Notes: generated from the sequence alone by a model not told the origin. A stretch of DNA of 64,000 nt from an uncultured Glaciecola sp. (GCA_937125395.1 CAKZLI010000059.1:1462-65461); one strand, 5' to 3'; positions 10,547 through 21,700 are shown, counted from the stretch's first letter. Translations and numbers: made by a program.

Positions 10547-11824
10547 ATGACAACGCATACGCCTATCGTCGATAGCAAACCAGCAAGCTCAACTCACCTA
10601 TTACTGACCTGGGAACTAGGCAGTGGCTATGGGCATATTATGGGATTCATTCCATTGATTGAGGCGTTGATACCTCTTGGAGTGTCACTTTCCATCATCG
10701 CCAGAAACACCGTTGTAGCCGGCCAGCTTCTGGCTGACTATCCCGTGACGATTTACCCTTCACCGATCTTCATAGGTGATCAAGACAGACTGCGAAGTGC
10801 GACTCTCAGCTATAGCGATATTATCTATGATTTGGGTTTTGGTGATGTTGATGAGTTAACCCATACCGCTCAAGCTTGGCAAAATCTATTTGCGTTAATT
10901 AATCCCGATATGATCATAGCTGATCATAGTCCTACAGCTATCTTAGCTGCTCGCTGTAAAAGGATACCGAGTGTGACCTTTGGTACTGGATTTTTTATTC
11001 CACCATTGCACCAAAGCTTGCCCTTATTTCAACGTTTAGCGGATGACATGAACAATAAAGTCCGCAATAAAGAACAACAAGTGTTACACAATATCAACAC
11101 TATTTTGGAGACACATGGGCAGCAATCAATTGATTTTGTGAGTAATTTGTTTGCAGATTCATTAAATTTGTTATGCACACTGCATGAAACAGATCATTAT
11201 GGCGCTTATCGTGATCCTGAGATGAATGAGTATATCGGGGGGCGTTTTTGTACTTCTCAAGGTGTCACCCAATTCTATCCTGATGGAAAGGGTAAACGTA
11301 TTTTTGGCTACCTGAAAGAAACTGCTCCTGGTTTTGAGCAGATTATCGCGAGCCTGATCGCTTTAACGCATCACAGTATTGTACACGTGCCAAAACCAAG
11401 TGCAGCATTACGTGAACGTTTAGCTGACGTCGAACATATTCAATTGAGTGCTCAGCCCGTGCGGGTTGACTGCTTATTGGATAAAACCGATTTGATTATT
11501 TGTCATGCAGGTCATGGATTAGTATCAGCAGGCTTATTATCAGGGACGCGTATGTTACTGATACCGAGTCAATTAGAGCAATCATTATTAACACAACGTT
11601 TAGCTGGACAACGGCTTGTAGCGGCCATCAATCCAGCACAGCCAAACGTGGATTACATTAAAGCAATAGAGTTTGCGCTGACTTCATCTGAGTTAGCGCA
11701 GCAGATAGAGCATTACGTTGAGCATTACGCTCATATCGAACAATCCGGTTCAATGCATCGGATTGCTCAACGCTGTTTAACGTTTTTGTTGGATACGCTT
11801 TCGCAAACCAGCAATGCCAACTAA
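10547..11824 (+). CDS. GT-B fold glycosyltransferase (GT1/MGT-like)
   Basis: 425 aa. The C-terminal half LIICHAGHGLVSAGLLSGTRMLLIPSQLEQSLLTQRL resembles the nucleotide-sugar-binding signature of GT1/GT28 enzymes. Its 3' end overlaps the convergent PEP-CTERM gene by 48 nt. Confidence 0.5.
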   Translation: MTTHTPIVDSKPASSTHLLLTWELGSGYGHIMGFIPLIEALIPLGVSLSIIARNTVVAGQLLADYPVTIYPSPIFIGDQDRLRSATLSYSDIIYDLGFGDVDELTHTAQAWQNLFALINPDMIIADHSPTAILAARCKRIPSVTFGTGFFIPPLHQSLPLFQRLADDMNNKVRNKEQQVLHNINTILETHGQQSIDFVSNLFADSLNLLCTLHETDHYGAYRDPEMNEYIGGRFCTSQGVTQFYPDGKGKRIFGYLKETAPGFEQIIASLIALTHHSIVHVPKPSAALRERLADVEHIQLSAQPVRVDCLLDKTDLIICHAGHGLVSAGLLSGTRMLLIPSQLEQSLLTQRLAGQRLVAAINPAQPNVDYIKAIEFALTSSELAQQIEHYVEHYAHIEQSGSMHRIAQRCLTFLLDTLSQTSNAN

Positions 11825-12736
11825 GCCTAACCCTAATATAGCAATAGTGCCGGGGGTGCTGACGTTGACTGGATTTCTAAAAGTATTGACTGAGCTAGTA
11901 TTAAATGAGTTTGGGTCACCAAATTGAGACGAAGCAAACAAAAAGTTACCCTGTTCGATGCCCTGACCCATTTGATTAACGCCCGAAGCACCTAATGTAA
12001 CTGTATACACGAGAGAAAATGATTCGTTGGCAGCGATTTCGTCGCCTAAGCTAATCGTAAAATCCTGCTCAGCCCAGCTATAAAAATCACTATTAGCATT
12101 GTATGTGCCGAGCGTTTGAGAACCACTTTGCTCAATGCTGGCAGTATCTTGATTAAACGATAATGCAGCAAAGGAATCCCAAATAGTGGTGCCATTTAAT
12201 GTAATGCTAGCGTCATAAAATGCCTGAGACATAAGCGCTGGGGCGCAATTCCCTGAAGGTTGATCCACCTCATCAATACGCACAAATTCAATGCCATCGT
12301 TAAACTCACCATAACCATCCCCATAGCCATCATCGAATCCAGAGTTACAGCCTACGGACAAAGAACCATTGAGGATATTAAATGAAAAATCAAAAAACTG
12401 ATCAGTATCACCATTAGTCACATCATAAGATTGCACAAACGACGAGCTCGTTGCAGCAATTCCACTGATGCTTCCGTTGAGACGAAATCTACCTTCATCG
12501 TTGCCCGATGCACTGCCTGATGCAAAACTCGAATTTTCAAAAGTATTAGATGATGCACTGACAAAGCTAGGTTGGATATTTGGTGTCGCAGTGTCAGACG
12601 TGTTGGTTGTACTACTGGTCGATGCTGCATCTAAGGTTAAGTCAATAACCGTAGCTTGTGCCGGCGCTGACAATGCAAATGTTACTGCAAGTGCGCCCAT
12701 TATTTTGGAATACGAATAGTGTGTTGGGTTAGTCAT
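11777..12736 (-). CDS. Secreted Ser/Thr-rich protein with a PEP-CTERM-like C-terminal sorting signal
   Basis: The signal peptide ends SAPAQA. A Ser/Thr/Asn-rich region follows. The C-terminus VSTPGTIAILGLGLVGIAGLRKRIQQKR has the form short motif + TM helix + Arg/Lys cluster, as in exosortase substrates, with TPG in place of PEP. Confidence 0.6.
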   Translation of the reverse strand: MTNPTHYSYSKIMGALAVTFALSAPAQATVIDLTLDAASTSSTTNTSDTATPNIQPSFVSASSNTFENSSFASGSASGNDEGRFRLNGSISGIAATSSSFVQSYDVTNGDTDQFFDFSFNILNGSLSVGCNSGFDDGYGDGYGEFNDGIEFVRIDEVDQPSGNCAPALMSQAFYDASITLNGTTIWDSFAALSFNQDTASIEQSGSQTLGTYNANSDFYSWAEQDFTISLGDEIAANESFSLVYTVTLGASGVNQMGQGIEQGNFLFASSQFGDPNSFNTSSVNTFRNPVNVSTPGTIAILGLGLVGIAGLRKRIQQKR

Positions 12737-12878
12737 GATAATCCCTCATTATTTAACTAAAAAAATGGCTGTAAGAAGGGAATCCAATTTTTATGCCATA
12801 AATAAAATACGTTATTTATCAATAGTTCAGGCGCTAGTTAAGAGGCTGTTAAATGAAAAGTGTAAAAATATTGGACAC

Positions 12879-12910
12879 AAAAAAACCGCATTAATTAAAT
12901 GTTAATGCGG
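12879..12910 (-). terminator. Rho-independent terminator downstream of fbp
   Basis: The hairpin is CCGCATTAA-ttaaatg-TTAATGCGG, followed on the minus strand by a T7 run, 20 nt after the fbp stop. Confidence 0.75.
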
Positions 12911-12929
12911 CTGTTGATGCGTAAGGCAA

Positions 12930-13901
12930 TTAGTCTTTATAGTAGCTTAGACAAGTATTAACTTCGTTGGCAGAACCAATGATGACCGGGACTCGTTGAT
13001 GAATTTCGGTAGGCATCACTTCCATTATCCGACCTTCACCAGTCGACGCTAAGCCACCGGCTTGTTCAAGTAAAAAAGCCATTGGGTTGGCTTCATACAA
13101 CAAGCGTAATTTACCTGGTTTGTTTGGATTGCGTTTATCAAATGGATACGCAAATATGCCACCACGACAAAGCACTCGGTGAATATCGCCAACCATTGCT
13201 GCCACCCAGCGCATATTAAAGTCTTTTTTACGAGGGCCTTCGGCACCTAATAATAAATCTGAGACATAGGCTTGAATAGGGGCTTCCCAATGCCGTTGAT
13301 TTGAGGCATTAATCGCGTATTCAGTGGTATCTTTAGGTACTTGTAAATCCGCTTGCGTGACCAAGAAACCACCGTGGGTTTTATCGAGCGTGTATAAGTG
13401 TGTACCGCGTCCAGTTGTCATGGCAAGCATGGTGGATGGACCGTACAAGACGTAACCGGCAGCAACCATTTGTGTACCAGGCTGTAAAAAAGCCGATGGG
13501 TCATCCGCTGCCATCCATTGTGGGGCGTGCGTAATTGAAAAAATGGTACCAATCAAACTGTTAATTTCAGTATTTGATGAACCATCTAAAGGATCGAAGC
13601 TAACTAGATATTTACCTTCAGGGTTACATGCTACTACGTCATCTTCTTCTTCAGATGAGATAGCTTTTACATAACCAGACTCCATCAGCGTATCTTTTAA
13701 AATTTGGTTGGAGATCACGTCGAGTTTCTTTTGCGTCTCACCTTGGACATTTTCTGAGAGCGTTGAACCTAACACTCCTGCTAATTCGCCTTGTGATACG
13801 CGGAATGAAATCTCTTTACAACCAGCGAGCAATGTACGAATGAGCAATATCAACTCAAGTGCCGCGCCGTCCTGTTGGAGCTGTGAATTTAATCGTTTCA
13901 T
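12930..13901 (-). CDS. fbp: Fructose-1,6-bisphosphatase class 1
   Basis: 323 aa with [21 protein letters not shown], and DPLDGSSN (metal-binding motif). It is divergent from mpl, as in E. coli. Confidence 0.95.
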   Translation of the reverse strand: MKRLNSQLQQDGAALELILLIRTLLAGCKEISFRVSQGELAGVLGSTLSENVQGETQKKLDVISNQILKDTLMESGYVKAISSEEEDDVVACNPEGKYLVSFDPLDGSSNTEINSLIGTIFSITHAPQWMAADDPSAFLQPGTQMVAAGYVLYGPSTMLAMTTGRGTHLYTLDKTHGGFLVTQADLQVPKDTTEYAINASNQRHWEAPIQAYVSDLLLGAEGPRKKDFNMRWVAAMVGDIHRVLCRGGIFAYPFDKRNPNKPGKLRLLYEANPMAFLLEQAGGLASTGEGRIMEVMPTEIHQRVPVIIGSANEVNTCLSYYKD

Positions 13902-14131
13902 GTGTGAACAAAACCTATATTAATTAAGAAATTAAGATACAGAGGAGAATGGACTCCATTAGAAAGGATATTATTGATTTTGTACTTTCCCTGTATTGGT
14001 AGTGTACCTGTCTTTTGCACAGATGTTAAATGCGATTACATTCGCACTACGTAGTCAGTGTTTTAACCAGCAAAAACCTGCTAAAATGATTTTTGAAAAT
14101 TAATTCATACTTAGCCAAAAAAGAAATCAGC

Positions 14132-15493
14132 ATGCATGTACATATTTTAGGAATTTGTGGCAGTTTTATGGGCGGGATTGCCGCTTTAGCTAAATCACTA
14201 GGACACACAGTTACCGGTTCGGATAGAAATGTGTATCCGCCAATGAGCACGCAGCTTGAAGCACTGGGTATTACATTAACTGAAGGTTATGATGTCGCGC
14301 AGTTTACGCCCGAGCCAGATATGGTCATTATTGGCAACGCAATGTCACGTGGCAACCCTGCCGTCGAATATGTCTTGGACCGAAATTTACCGTACACTTC
14401 CGGCCCGCAGTGGTTACTGGATAATTTACTTAAAGACCGTTGGGTGTTAGCGGTTGCTGGTACACACGGTAAAACTTCGACGGCGAGTATCGTTGCATGG
14501 ATCTTAGAATATGCTGGTTACACACCGGGCTTTTTGATCGGAGGTGTACCGGAGAATTTTGGTGTCTCTGCGCGGATTGGCGAAGGTAACTTTTTTGTCA
14601 TTGAAGCGGATGAATACGACAGTGCGTTTTTTGATAAACGTTCCAAGTTTGTCCATTACCGTCCACGCACTTTAGTGCTTAATAATTTAGAATTTGATCA
14701 TGCTGATATTTTTGATGATCTTAATGCGATAAAACGACAATTTCATCATCTAGTGCGTTCGGTGCCGGCTAACGGACTTATCATTTCAGAAAAACACGAT
14801 AATAATATGCAAGACGTGTTGGAGATGGGGTGTTGGACCAAGCAAGAATTTGTCTCTAAAGATTGGACCGCCCAAAAAACACAAGCTGATGGTAGTGCGT
14901 TTGATGTGTACTACCAAGGACAATTGCAGGGCAGTGTTGCATGGCAGTTAATTGGCGATCATAATGTTCACAATGGTTTGATGGCCATTGCCGCAGCGCA
15001 TAATGTCGGTGTTACCACACAGGTTGCGATTGATTCATTACGTGATTTTGTTAATGTGAAACGGCGTATGGAAATCAAAGGCGAAGTGGCTAATATCACT
15101 ATTTATGACGACTTTGCACATCATCCTACTGCGATAAAAACCACGGTGGAAGGGCTCAAAGCAAAAGTCGGTGTGCAGCGGATTTTGGCAATATTAGAAC
15201 CACGTTCTAATACGATGAAATTGGGGATCCACAAGGATCAATTGACCGATTCATGGGCTAAAGCGGATGAAGTGTTTATTTTTGAACCAGCTAGCTTGAG
15301 CTGGTCTATTGATGATGTTACTCGTGATAGCATTGCCCCTGTGCATACTTATCAAGATGTCGATAAATTAGTGGATGCGGTTATCAAAGAAGCACAACCT
15401 TCTGATCATATATTAGTCATGAGTAATGGCGGATTTGCCGGTATTCATGGTAAATTACTGTCAGCCCTTAGCAACAAATACAAGGTAGATTAA
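14132..15493 (+). CDS. mpl: UDP-N-acetylmuramate:L-alanyl-gamma-D-glutamyl-meso-DAP ligase (murein peptide ligase)
   Basis: [20 protein letters not shown] is a Mur-ligase Rossmann N-terminus, and [10 protein letters not shown] is the P-loop. The fbp-mpl adjacency supports the call. I chose the start at the ATG at 14132 over the 13-codon upstream extension in the track. Confidence 0.9.
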   Translation: MHVHILGICGSFMGGIAALAKSLGHTVTGSDRNVYPPMSTQLEALGITLTEGYDVAQFTPEPDMVIIGNAMSRGNPAVEYVLDRNLPYTSGPQWLLDNLLKDRWVLAVAGTHGKTSTASIVAWILEYAGYTPGFLIGGVPENFGVSARIGEGNFFVIEADEYDSAFFDKRSKFVHYRPRTLVLNNLEFDHADIFDDLNAIKRQFHHLVRSVPANGLIISEKHDNNMQDVLEMGCWTKQEFVSKDWTAQKTQADGSAFDVYYQGQLQGSVAWQLIGDHNVHNGLMAIAAAHNVGVTTQVAIDSLRDFVNVKRRMEIKGEVANITIYDDFAHHPTAIKTTVEGLKAKVGVQRILAILEPRSNTMKLGIHKDQLTDSWAKADEVFIFEPASLSWSIDDVTRDSIAPVHTYQDVDKLVDAVIKEAQPSDHILVMSNGGFAGIHGKLLSALSNKYKVD

Positions 15494-15494
15494 C

Positions 15495-16136
15495 GTGAGT
15501 CATACTCCCCCCTGGGATAAGCGTATTACGCTTGCGATTACCGGTGCATCAGGCAGTCCATATGCGCTCCGTCTTTTAGAATTATTGGTTAAAGCTGACT
15601 ATCAGGTATTTGTGTTAATTTCCTCCGCGGCTAAAGTCGTTTTTGCTGCGGAAGAAGATCTCAAAATACCAAGCAGACCGGATGCTGTTAGTGCGTTTTT
15701 TACTGAGCGATTTGACGCTAAACCCGGTCAAATTATTACCTGTGGTAAAGATGAATGGTTTTCTCCGGTTGCTTCAGGTTCGGCAGCGCCTAAACAAATG
15801 GTTGTGTGCCCTTGTTCAACTGGCACATTATCAGCTATTGCCAATGGTGCTAGCGATAACTTGATTGAACGGGCTGCCGATGTGGTCATTAAAGAACGTG
15901 GACAATTGATTATGGTACCGAGAGAAATGCCGTACTCGACGATCCATTTACAAAATATGCTGTCATTGTCACAGATGGGTGTCACTATGATGCCGGCATC
16001 TCCAGGTTTTTATCACGCACCGCAAAGCATCTCTGATTTAGTGGATTTTGTGGTCGCAAGAATCTTAGATCATGTTGGTGTGGATCAATCTATTATGCAA
16101 CGCTGGGGCTATCAAAGCCCAAATAACAAAGGATAA
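15495..16136 (+). CDS. ubiX: Flavin prenyltransferase UbiX
   Basis: 213 aa with a GTG start. [21 protein letters not shown] and [14 protein letters not shown] are typical of the UbiX/Pad1 flavoprotein family. Confidence 0.85.
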   Translation: MSHTPPWDKRITLAITGASGSPYALRLLELLVKADYQVFVLISSAAKVVFAAEEDLKIPSRPDAVSAFFTERFDAKPGQIITCGKDEWFSPVASGSAAPKQMVVCPCSTGTLSAIANGASDNLIERAADVVIKERGQLIMVPREMPYSTIHLQNMLSLSQMGVTMMPASPGFYHAPQSISDLVDFVVARILDHVGVDQSIMQRWGYQSPNNKG

Positions 16137-16139
16137 ATC

Positions 16140-16934
16140 ATGCTTAAGAAACTATTTACAATTACCGCAATGCTCACGATCACAAGTCTGTCGTTGACCC
16201 TATCGCAACAAGCACAGGCTTGGGGCAAAACCGGTCATCGTATAACGGGTGAAATCGCAACGATGCATCTTACGCCGCAAGCGCAAGCGGCTATCCAAGC
16301 ATTGTTTCCTGATCAAAGTTTGGCGGAGATTTCTACGTTAGCAGATTTTAATCGCTCTAATCCGGCTAAATTTTGGCAAAAAGAAGCCGGAGCATACCAT
16401 TATGTGACAGTGCCAGATGGGACTGATTATGTCACCGTAGGGGCGCCCAAAAAAGGCGATGCATTCACGGCACTGAACAAATTCAGTAACATGGTAAAAG
16501 ACACGTCCTTACCATTATCACAACGTAAGACTGCCTTGCATTTTATTGTGCATATCATTGGCGATTTACACCAACCATTACACGTTGGCAATGGCTTAGA
16601 TAAAGGTGGCAATGACGTGAAATTAGAGTTTTTTTGGCAACGTTCGAACCTTCATCGGATTTGGGATAGTGGCATCATCGATCAACAAAAATTATCCTAC
16701 ACCGAATATGCTGATTGGTTAACCCAAAAAATGACAACTGCAATGATTGATACGTGGATGACGCCAGACCCACTAGTCTGGATTAAAGAAAGTTACAATA
16801 TACGTAAAGGTGTGTATACCGAGCGTAAAAAAGAAAATTACAACTATGTCTTTAAACACATCGATACGCTGAATTTACGCCTCTCTCAAGCAGGTGTGCG
16901 TATCGCCGCCTACTTGAATGCGTTGTATCGATAA
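16140..16934 (+). CDS. Secreted S1/P1-family zinc nuclease
   Basis: The signal peptide ends AQA|WGKTGH, giving an N-terminal Trp as in nuclease P1. HFIVHIIGDLHQPLH and NLHRIWDSG are zinc-ligand motifs. Confidence 0.8.
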   Translation: MLKKLFTITAMLTITSLSLTLSQQAQAWGKTGHRITGEIATMHLTPQAQAAIQALFPDQSLAEISTLADFNRSNPAKFWQKEAGAYHYVTVPDGTDYVTVGAPKKGDAFTALNKFSNMVKDTSLPLSQRKTALHFIVHIIGDLHQPLHVGNGLDKGGNDVKLEFFWQRSNLHRIWDSGIIDQQKLSYTEYADWLTQKMTTAMIDTWMTPDPLVWIKESYNIRKGVYTERKKENYNYVFKHIDTLNLRLSQAGVRIAAYLNALYR

Positions 16935-16962
16935 TTAATCAAGCGTCGAGTTTGTCGGAGTA

Positions 16963-17190
16963 ATGTGTATGAAGCAATTAATAACCGCATCGGGTTGGAT
17001 ACGCATGCTATCAATCAGTGGGTTGATATGGATGGGCTTGGTGGTATCTGGGTGTGGCCAAAAAGGCCCTTTACGGTTGCCCCCCGCACCACCTGAACCC
17101 AATCAAGCGCCAACGACCTCGACGGCGCAGGTCAATCCCCCTGTTGAGCTGGATACATTCCCGTCTGAGCAATTAGCAAAAAGAGATTAA
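16963..17190 (+). CDS. lptM: Small lipoprotein LptM (YifL)
   Basis: The lipobox is VVSGC, followed by GQKGPLRLPP. It sits immediately upstream of lysA-dapF, which is the conserved position. The true start may be an internal Met. Confidence 0.7.
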   Translation: MCMKQLITASGWIRMLSISGLIWMGLVVSGCGQKGPLRLPPAPPEPNQAPTTSTAQVNPPVELDTFPSEQLAKRD

Positions 17191-17195
17191 GTGAT

Positions 17196-18446
17196 ATGGA
17201 TTTTTTTGATTACCAAAATGGAACATTATGTGTCGAAGATGTCGCGCTAGCCGATATCGCAGCAGCACATGGCACCCCAACTTATGTGTATTCGCGTAAA
17301 ACACTTGAACGTCATTGGCATAAGTTTGATGAAGCATTAGCTAATCATCCTCACTTAATTTGCTTTGCTGTCAAAGCCAATTCTAATTTGGGTGTGTTGA
17401 GTGTGTTAGCTCAGTGCGGCTCTGGATTTGATATTGTGTCTGGCGGTGAACTTGCTCGTGTTCTGGCTGCCGGTGGTGATCCACGTAAAGTTGTTTTTTC
17501 TGGTGTAGGTAAAACGGCAGCGGAGATCGCGTTTGCATTAGAGCATGATATTTACTGTTTTAATGTGGAGTCTTTTGCGGAGCTAGATCGGATTAATGCC
17601 GTTGCACAGCAATGCAATAAGATTGCACGTATTTCATTGCGTATTAATCCGGATGTGGATGCGAACACACACCCGTATATCTCGACGGGTTTAAAAGCAA
17701 ACAAATTTGGTATTGCACACACCAAAGCGGTCGAAACCTATTTGTATGCCAAAGCGTTAACGCATTTAGAAATTAAAGGAATGGATTGCCATATTGGTTC
17801 TCAACTAACCGAGACTGCGCCATTTGTGGATGCGTTAAAACGCTTACTGGGTTTAGTGGATGAGTTAGCACAGCATGATATTCATATTAAACATTTAGAT
17901 GTAGGCGGCGGTCTAGGGGTGACATATGCTGATGAAACACCACCACAACCTGCTGAATATGCAGCGGCAATTGCCGCACAAATGGTTGGTCGAGAGCACA
18001 TGACATTGATTATGGAGCCGGGTCGAGCGATCGCTGCTAATGCAGGCGTCTTACTGACTAAAGTGGAGTTTTTAAAGCAGAATGAAGATAAGAATTTTGC
18101 CATTATTGATGCTGCAATGAATGATTTATTACGTCCAGCGTTGTACTCCGCTTGGCAAGACATAGTCCCTGTGACGCCGCGCTTAGATACGCCTAGTGCA
18201 ATTTATGATGTCGTGGGTCCGGTGTGTGAAACCGGTGATTTTTTAGGTAAAGACCGCACATTGGCAATTTGCCCAGATGACATTTTGGCGGTCAAAAGTG
18301 CTGGAGCGTATGGCTTTGTTATGGCATCAAATTATAACACTCGTGCAAGACCAGCAGAGATAATGGTTGATGGTGACAAGGTCATTGTAGTGCGTGAGCG
18401 TGAAAAGTTAGAAGATTTGTGGCACAACGAGTACAAAGTCCAGTAA
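17196..18446 (+). CDS. lysA: Diaminopimelate decarboxylase
   Basis: 416 aa. FAVKANSN is the PLP-Lys motif. HIGSQ, DVGGGLGV and CETGD are typical of group IV decarboxylases. Confidence 0.95.
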   Translation: MDFFDYQNGTLCVEDVALADIAAAHGTPTYVYSRKTLERHWHKFDEALANHPHLICFAVKANSNLGVLSVLAQCGSGFDIVSGGELARVLAAGGDPRKVVFSGVGKTAAEIAFALEHDIYCFNVESFAELDRINAVAQQCNKIARISLRINPDVDANTHPYISTGLKANKFGIAHTKAVETYLYAKALTHLEIKGMDCHIGSQLTETAPFVDALKRLLGLVDELAQHDIHIKHLDVGGGLGVTYADETPPQPAEYAAAIAAQMVGREHMTLIMEPGRAIAANAGVLLTKVEFLKQNEDKNFAIIDAAMNDLLRPALYSAWQDIVPVTPRLDTPSAIYDVVGPVCETGDFLGKDRTLAICPDDILAVKSAGAYGFVMASNYNTRARPAEIMVDGDKVIVVREREKLEDLWHNEYKVQ

Positions 18447-18487
18447 ACTAAGTACAATGAGAAAATAATAATTAATAGGTTGCCAAA

Positions 18488-19318
18488 ATGTTGGTTGATT
18501 TCACCAAGATGCATGGGCTTGGTAATGATTTTATGGTGGTGGATTGCATCACTCAAAATATTTATTTTTCTCCGGAAAAAATAAAGCAGCTAGCCGATCG
18601 TCATTTTGGTATTGGCTTTGACCAATTACTTGTTGTTGAACCTCCTTATGACCCAGATCAAGATTTTCATTATCGTATTTTTAATGCCGATGGTTCTGAG
18701 GTTGAGCAATGTGGGAATGGTGCCCGTTGTTTTGCGCGATTTGTTAAACAAAAACATTTGACCCACAAGCACAAGATATCCGTGAGCACAAAAGCCGGCA
18801 AAATCATGTTATATCTTGAAAAAGATGGTCAAGTCACTGTGAACATGGGGCGACCGAAGTTTACGCCTGAAGATATTCCCCTAAAAGCCCAAAAACAAGA
18901 AAAAACCTATATTATTCGTGCCAATGAACAGACTTTCTTTTGTGGCGCAGTGTCGTTAGGGAATCCCCATTGTGTCATGATTGTGGATGATGTTGATAAT
19001 TTTGATGTGCAAGCAGTCGGTGCATTACTTGAGTCGCACGAGCGTTTTCCTGATAATGTAAATGTCGGTTTTATGCAAATTATTGATGCAAACAACGTTA
19101 AATTGCGCGTGTTTGAACGGGGTGTTGGCGAGACCTTAGCGTGCGGCAGTGGTGCTTGTGCTGCCGTTGCAATTGGTCAAGATCAAGGTAAGTTAGGTCA
19201 AGAGGTTCATGTAAGTTTACCTGGTGGGCCGTTATTGATTAAATGGCAAGGTGCTGATCATGCAATTAAGATGACAGGCCCTGCAGAACATGTGTTTGAT
19301 GGAAAAATATTTTTATGA
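18488..19318 (+). CDS. dapF: Diaminopimelate epimerase
   Basis: 276 aa with [15 protein letters not shown], the catalytic Cys motifs [10 protein letters not shown] and ACGSGACAA. Confidence 0.97.
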   Translation: MLVDFTKMHGLGNDFMVVDCITQNIYFSPEKIKQLADRHFGIGFDQLLVVEPPYDPDQDFHYRIFNADGSEVEQCGNGARCFARFVKQKHLTHKHKISVSTKAGKIMLYLEKDGQVTVNMGRPKFTPEDIPLKAQKQEKTYIIRANEQTFFCGAVSLGNPHCVMIVDDVDNFDVQAVGALLESHERFPDNVNVGFMQIIDANNVKLRVFERGVGETLACGSGACAAVAIGQDQGKLGQEVHVSLPGGPLLIKWQGADHAIKMTGPAEHVFDGKIFL

Positions 19319-20058
19319 GTGATACCCCTGCAAGTAATGGCATAACAGCACAAGATGTCGCGAATTTTTTAAGTGACAATGACACGTTTTTTGTCGATCA
19401 CCCCAGTTTGGTGGCTGATTTGATTATCCCACATCAACAACGTGGCTCGGTGTCCTTAGTCGAACTTCAAGCGGAACAGCTGCGCAGTCAATTACACCAA
19501 CAACGTCAAGAGCTCGCAGCATTAATCCGTAATGCAGATAATAATGAGCAATTATTTCGAGTTTACGCACAATTATTACAACGTCTGTATCGTTGCCAGT
19601 CATTAGTCGACGTCGAAGAAGCCTTGCAAGATTGTTTCTCAGGTAAGTTAGCACTAGCTAATGTATGTGTTCAGTTATTTGTCAAGCCCTCAGCTGTGGC
19701 TGATTTTAAACATCATGCGTTGATTGAAAAACGGTTTAAAGACTCTGATTTTTTCTTTGGTCGATTGTCACACACTGAAACTCAGCAAATATTTAATGAC
19801 ACCTCAGTGGCATCTAGCGCACTTATTCTGCTAGGTGATAAACAAGAATTAGGGTTGTTTGCAGTGGGCAGTGACAGTGCAACGCACTTTCATCCTGATA
19901 TGGATACCTTGTTTTTGTTACAGTTAAAGCAACTGTTAGAGCAGGTATTACACCATATTATGAGTCAGCCGGTTAACAGCCAGCCGGTTAGTCGTCAGCC
20001 GGACAATAGCCAGAATAGCCCTGTGGTCGCCACGTCGGCTACCGATAGTCAACTGTAG
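19315..20058 (+). CDS. yigA: DUF484 protein YigA
   Basis: It sits between dapF and xerC and overlaps the dapF stop (ATGA). The N-terminus [12 protein letters not shown] is typical of DUF484. Confidence 0.8.
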   Translation: MSDTPASNGITAQDVANFLSDNDTFFVDHPSLVADLIIPHQQRGSVSLVELQAEQLRSQLHQQRQELAALIRNADNNEQLFRVYAQLLQRLYRCQSLVDVEEALQDCFSGKLALANVCVQLFVKPSAVADFKHHALIEKRFKDSDFFFGRLSHTETQQIFNDTSVASSALILLGDKQELGLFAVGSDSATHFHPDMDTLFLLQLKQLLEQVLHHIMSQPVNSQPVSRQPDNSQNSPVVATSATDSQL

Positions 20059-20069
20059 CGATTATTACT

Positions 20070-20987
20070 ATGCGCACCTCAGCAGTATTGGCAACTCGGT
20101 TAGCTAAAGACAGCTTAGTGAGTGCTTATGCTGAGATGCTCGCATATGAACGTCAATACTCTCCTCACACGCAAACCGCGTATTTACATAACATCCTTGT
20201 CAGTAAAGAATTACTAACGATTGAAGACTGGTCAGGTTTAACTATCCAGCAAGTAAAACGACTCGTTGCATTGTCAAAGCAAAGCGGTCTTAGCGCGCGG
20301 AGTATTTCATTGCGGTTAAGTGCGTTGCGGCAGTTTTGTGATTTTTTAATTGAACAAGATATTTTGCAACAAAATCCAGCAGATTCTGTACAAGCACCTA
20401 AAATGGGTAGGCCGTTACCTAAGCACTTGCATGTTGAACAGTTGGATGGGTTGTTGAGCTTTATTCCAAAAACAATCCATGAGTGGCGAGATAAAGCGAT
20501 GTTTGAATTAGTATATGGCTGCGGCCTGCGTTTGTCGGAAGTGACGGGGCTTAATGTCTTGGATGTGTTAGGCGATCACGTGCTACATGTCAATGGTAAA
20601 GGCGGTAAGCAACGCCGGATCCCCATTGGTAGACTAGCTTGGCAAGCAGTACAAGACTGGTTAGGCCATCGATCTCGTTGGGTGAATGTTAAAAATATGC
20701 GCCAAGAAGCGTTGTTTTTGTCGCAACAAGGTACACGTTTAGGTAATCGACAAGTGGCTAAGCGACTTTCGGCATTAGCACTGAAGCAAGGGTTAGATTC
20801 GCATGTTTCACCACACAAACTGCGCCATTCTTTTGCAACACACGTATTAGAATCAAGCGGAGATTTACGCGCTGTGCAAGAGCTACTTGGGCATGCCAAT
20901 TTAGCGACAACGCAAGTGTATACTCATCTCGATTTTCAGCATTTAGCTGGTGTGTATGACAAGGCTCACCCGAGGGCAAAAAAATGA
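20070..20987 (+). CDS. xerC: Tyrosine recombinase XerC
   Basis: 305 aa with GLRLSE, HKLRHSFATHVLESSGDLRAVQELLGHANLATTQVYTH (R-H-R-Y catalytic set). The dapF-yigA-xerC-yigB synteny supports the call. Confidence 0.93.
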   Translation: MRTSAVLATRLAKDSLVSAYAEMLAYERQYSPHTQTAYLHNILVSKELLTIEDWSGLTIQQVKRLVALSKQSGLSARSISLRLSALRQFCDFLIEQDILQQNPADSVQAPKMGRPLPKHLHVEQLDGLLSFIPKTIHEWRDKAMFELVYGCGLRLSEVTGLNVLDVLGDHVLHVNGKGGKQRRIPIGRLAWQAVQDWLGHRSRWVNVKNMRQEALFLSQQGTRLGNRQVAKRLSALALKQGLDSHVSPHKLRHSFATHVLESSGDLRAVQELLGHANLATTQVYTHLDFQHLAGVYDKAHPRAKK

Positions 20988-21700
20988 TAATGTACCGACG
21001 AGTTACTGACATACAAGCGATGACGTTTGATTTAGATGATACTTTGTATGACAACATGCCATACATATATCAAGCAGAGCGAGCACTCACTAACCATATT
21101 GAAACCCATTATCCGGCAGCCGCGAGATTGAGTAAAGAAATTTGGCTAGCGTGCAAACAACAAGCAATAAGCAATGAGCCGATGCTTAAATACGATATGG
21201 GGTTATTACGTTTAGCAACATTGCGCAATGGGTTTGCCCAATGTGAGTACAGTTTGGCAGAAGCGGAACATGCCGCACAAGACTGTTTTGCGTATTTTTA
21301 CCAGCAACGAAGTCTCTTTACCGTGACCCAACCATATTGCGACGTACTGGCGCAATTAAGCCAACGCATGCCGCTGATAGCCATCACTAATGGGAATGTA
21401 GACGTTGCTGCAATCGGCATCGGGCAATACTTTACCGCCGTGTATCGGGCGGATATGGCGCATCGTGCTAAACCTTATGCCGATATGTTTGATAAGGCAC
21501 AAGCCGCGCTTGATATTCCTGCGCAGAATATCCTACATGTTGGTGATGACTTATGCAATGACGTCTATGGTGCGTATCTCAATGGCTACAAATCGGCTTG
21601 GTATGCTGCTGATAGAAGCATGTCTTTACAGCATGAACCGGTAACCTGTTTACCAGATGTGCAGTTAAGTCATTTCAGTGATTTATTGAACTGGGCATGA
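20984..21700 (+). CDS. yigB: HAD-superfamily phosphatase YigB-like
   Basis: MTFDLDDTLYDN is HAD motif I and VGDDLCNDV is motif IV. It sits between xerC and uvrD, as in E. coli. Confidence 0.8.
   Translation: MIMYRRVTDIQAMTFDLDDTLYDNMPYIYQAERALTNHIETHYPAAARLSKEIWLACKQQAISNEPMLKYDMGLLRLATLRNGFAQCEYSLAEAEHAAQDCFAYFYQQRSLFTVTQPYCDVLAQLSQRMPLIAITNGNVDVAAIGIGQYFTAVYRADMAHRAKPYADMFDKAQAALDIPAQNILHVGDDLCNDVYGAYLNGYKSAWYAADRSMSLQHEPVTCLPDVQLSHFSDLLNWA

Noticed and set aside
12418-12719. ORFs 12418-12630 (-) and 12468-12719 (+)
   Set aside because: They lie inside the PEP-CTERM protein gene, which is supported by its signal peptide and C-terminal sorting signal.
14093-14131. 13-codon N-terminal extension of mpl, and similar extensions of DUF3299 (10372-10437), pstS and pstB
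   Set aside because: The extensions start at non-ATG codons or precede the conserved N-terminus or signal peptide. Better ATG and SD combinations exist downstream.
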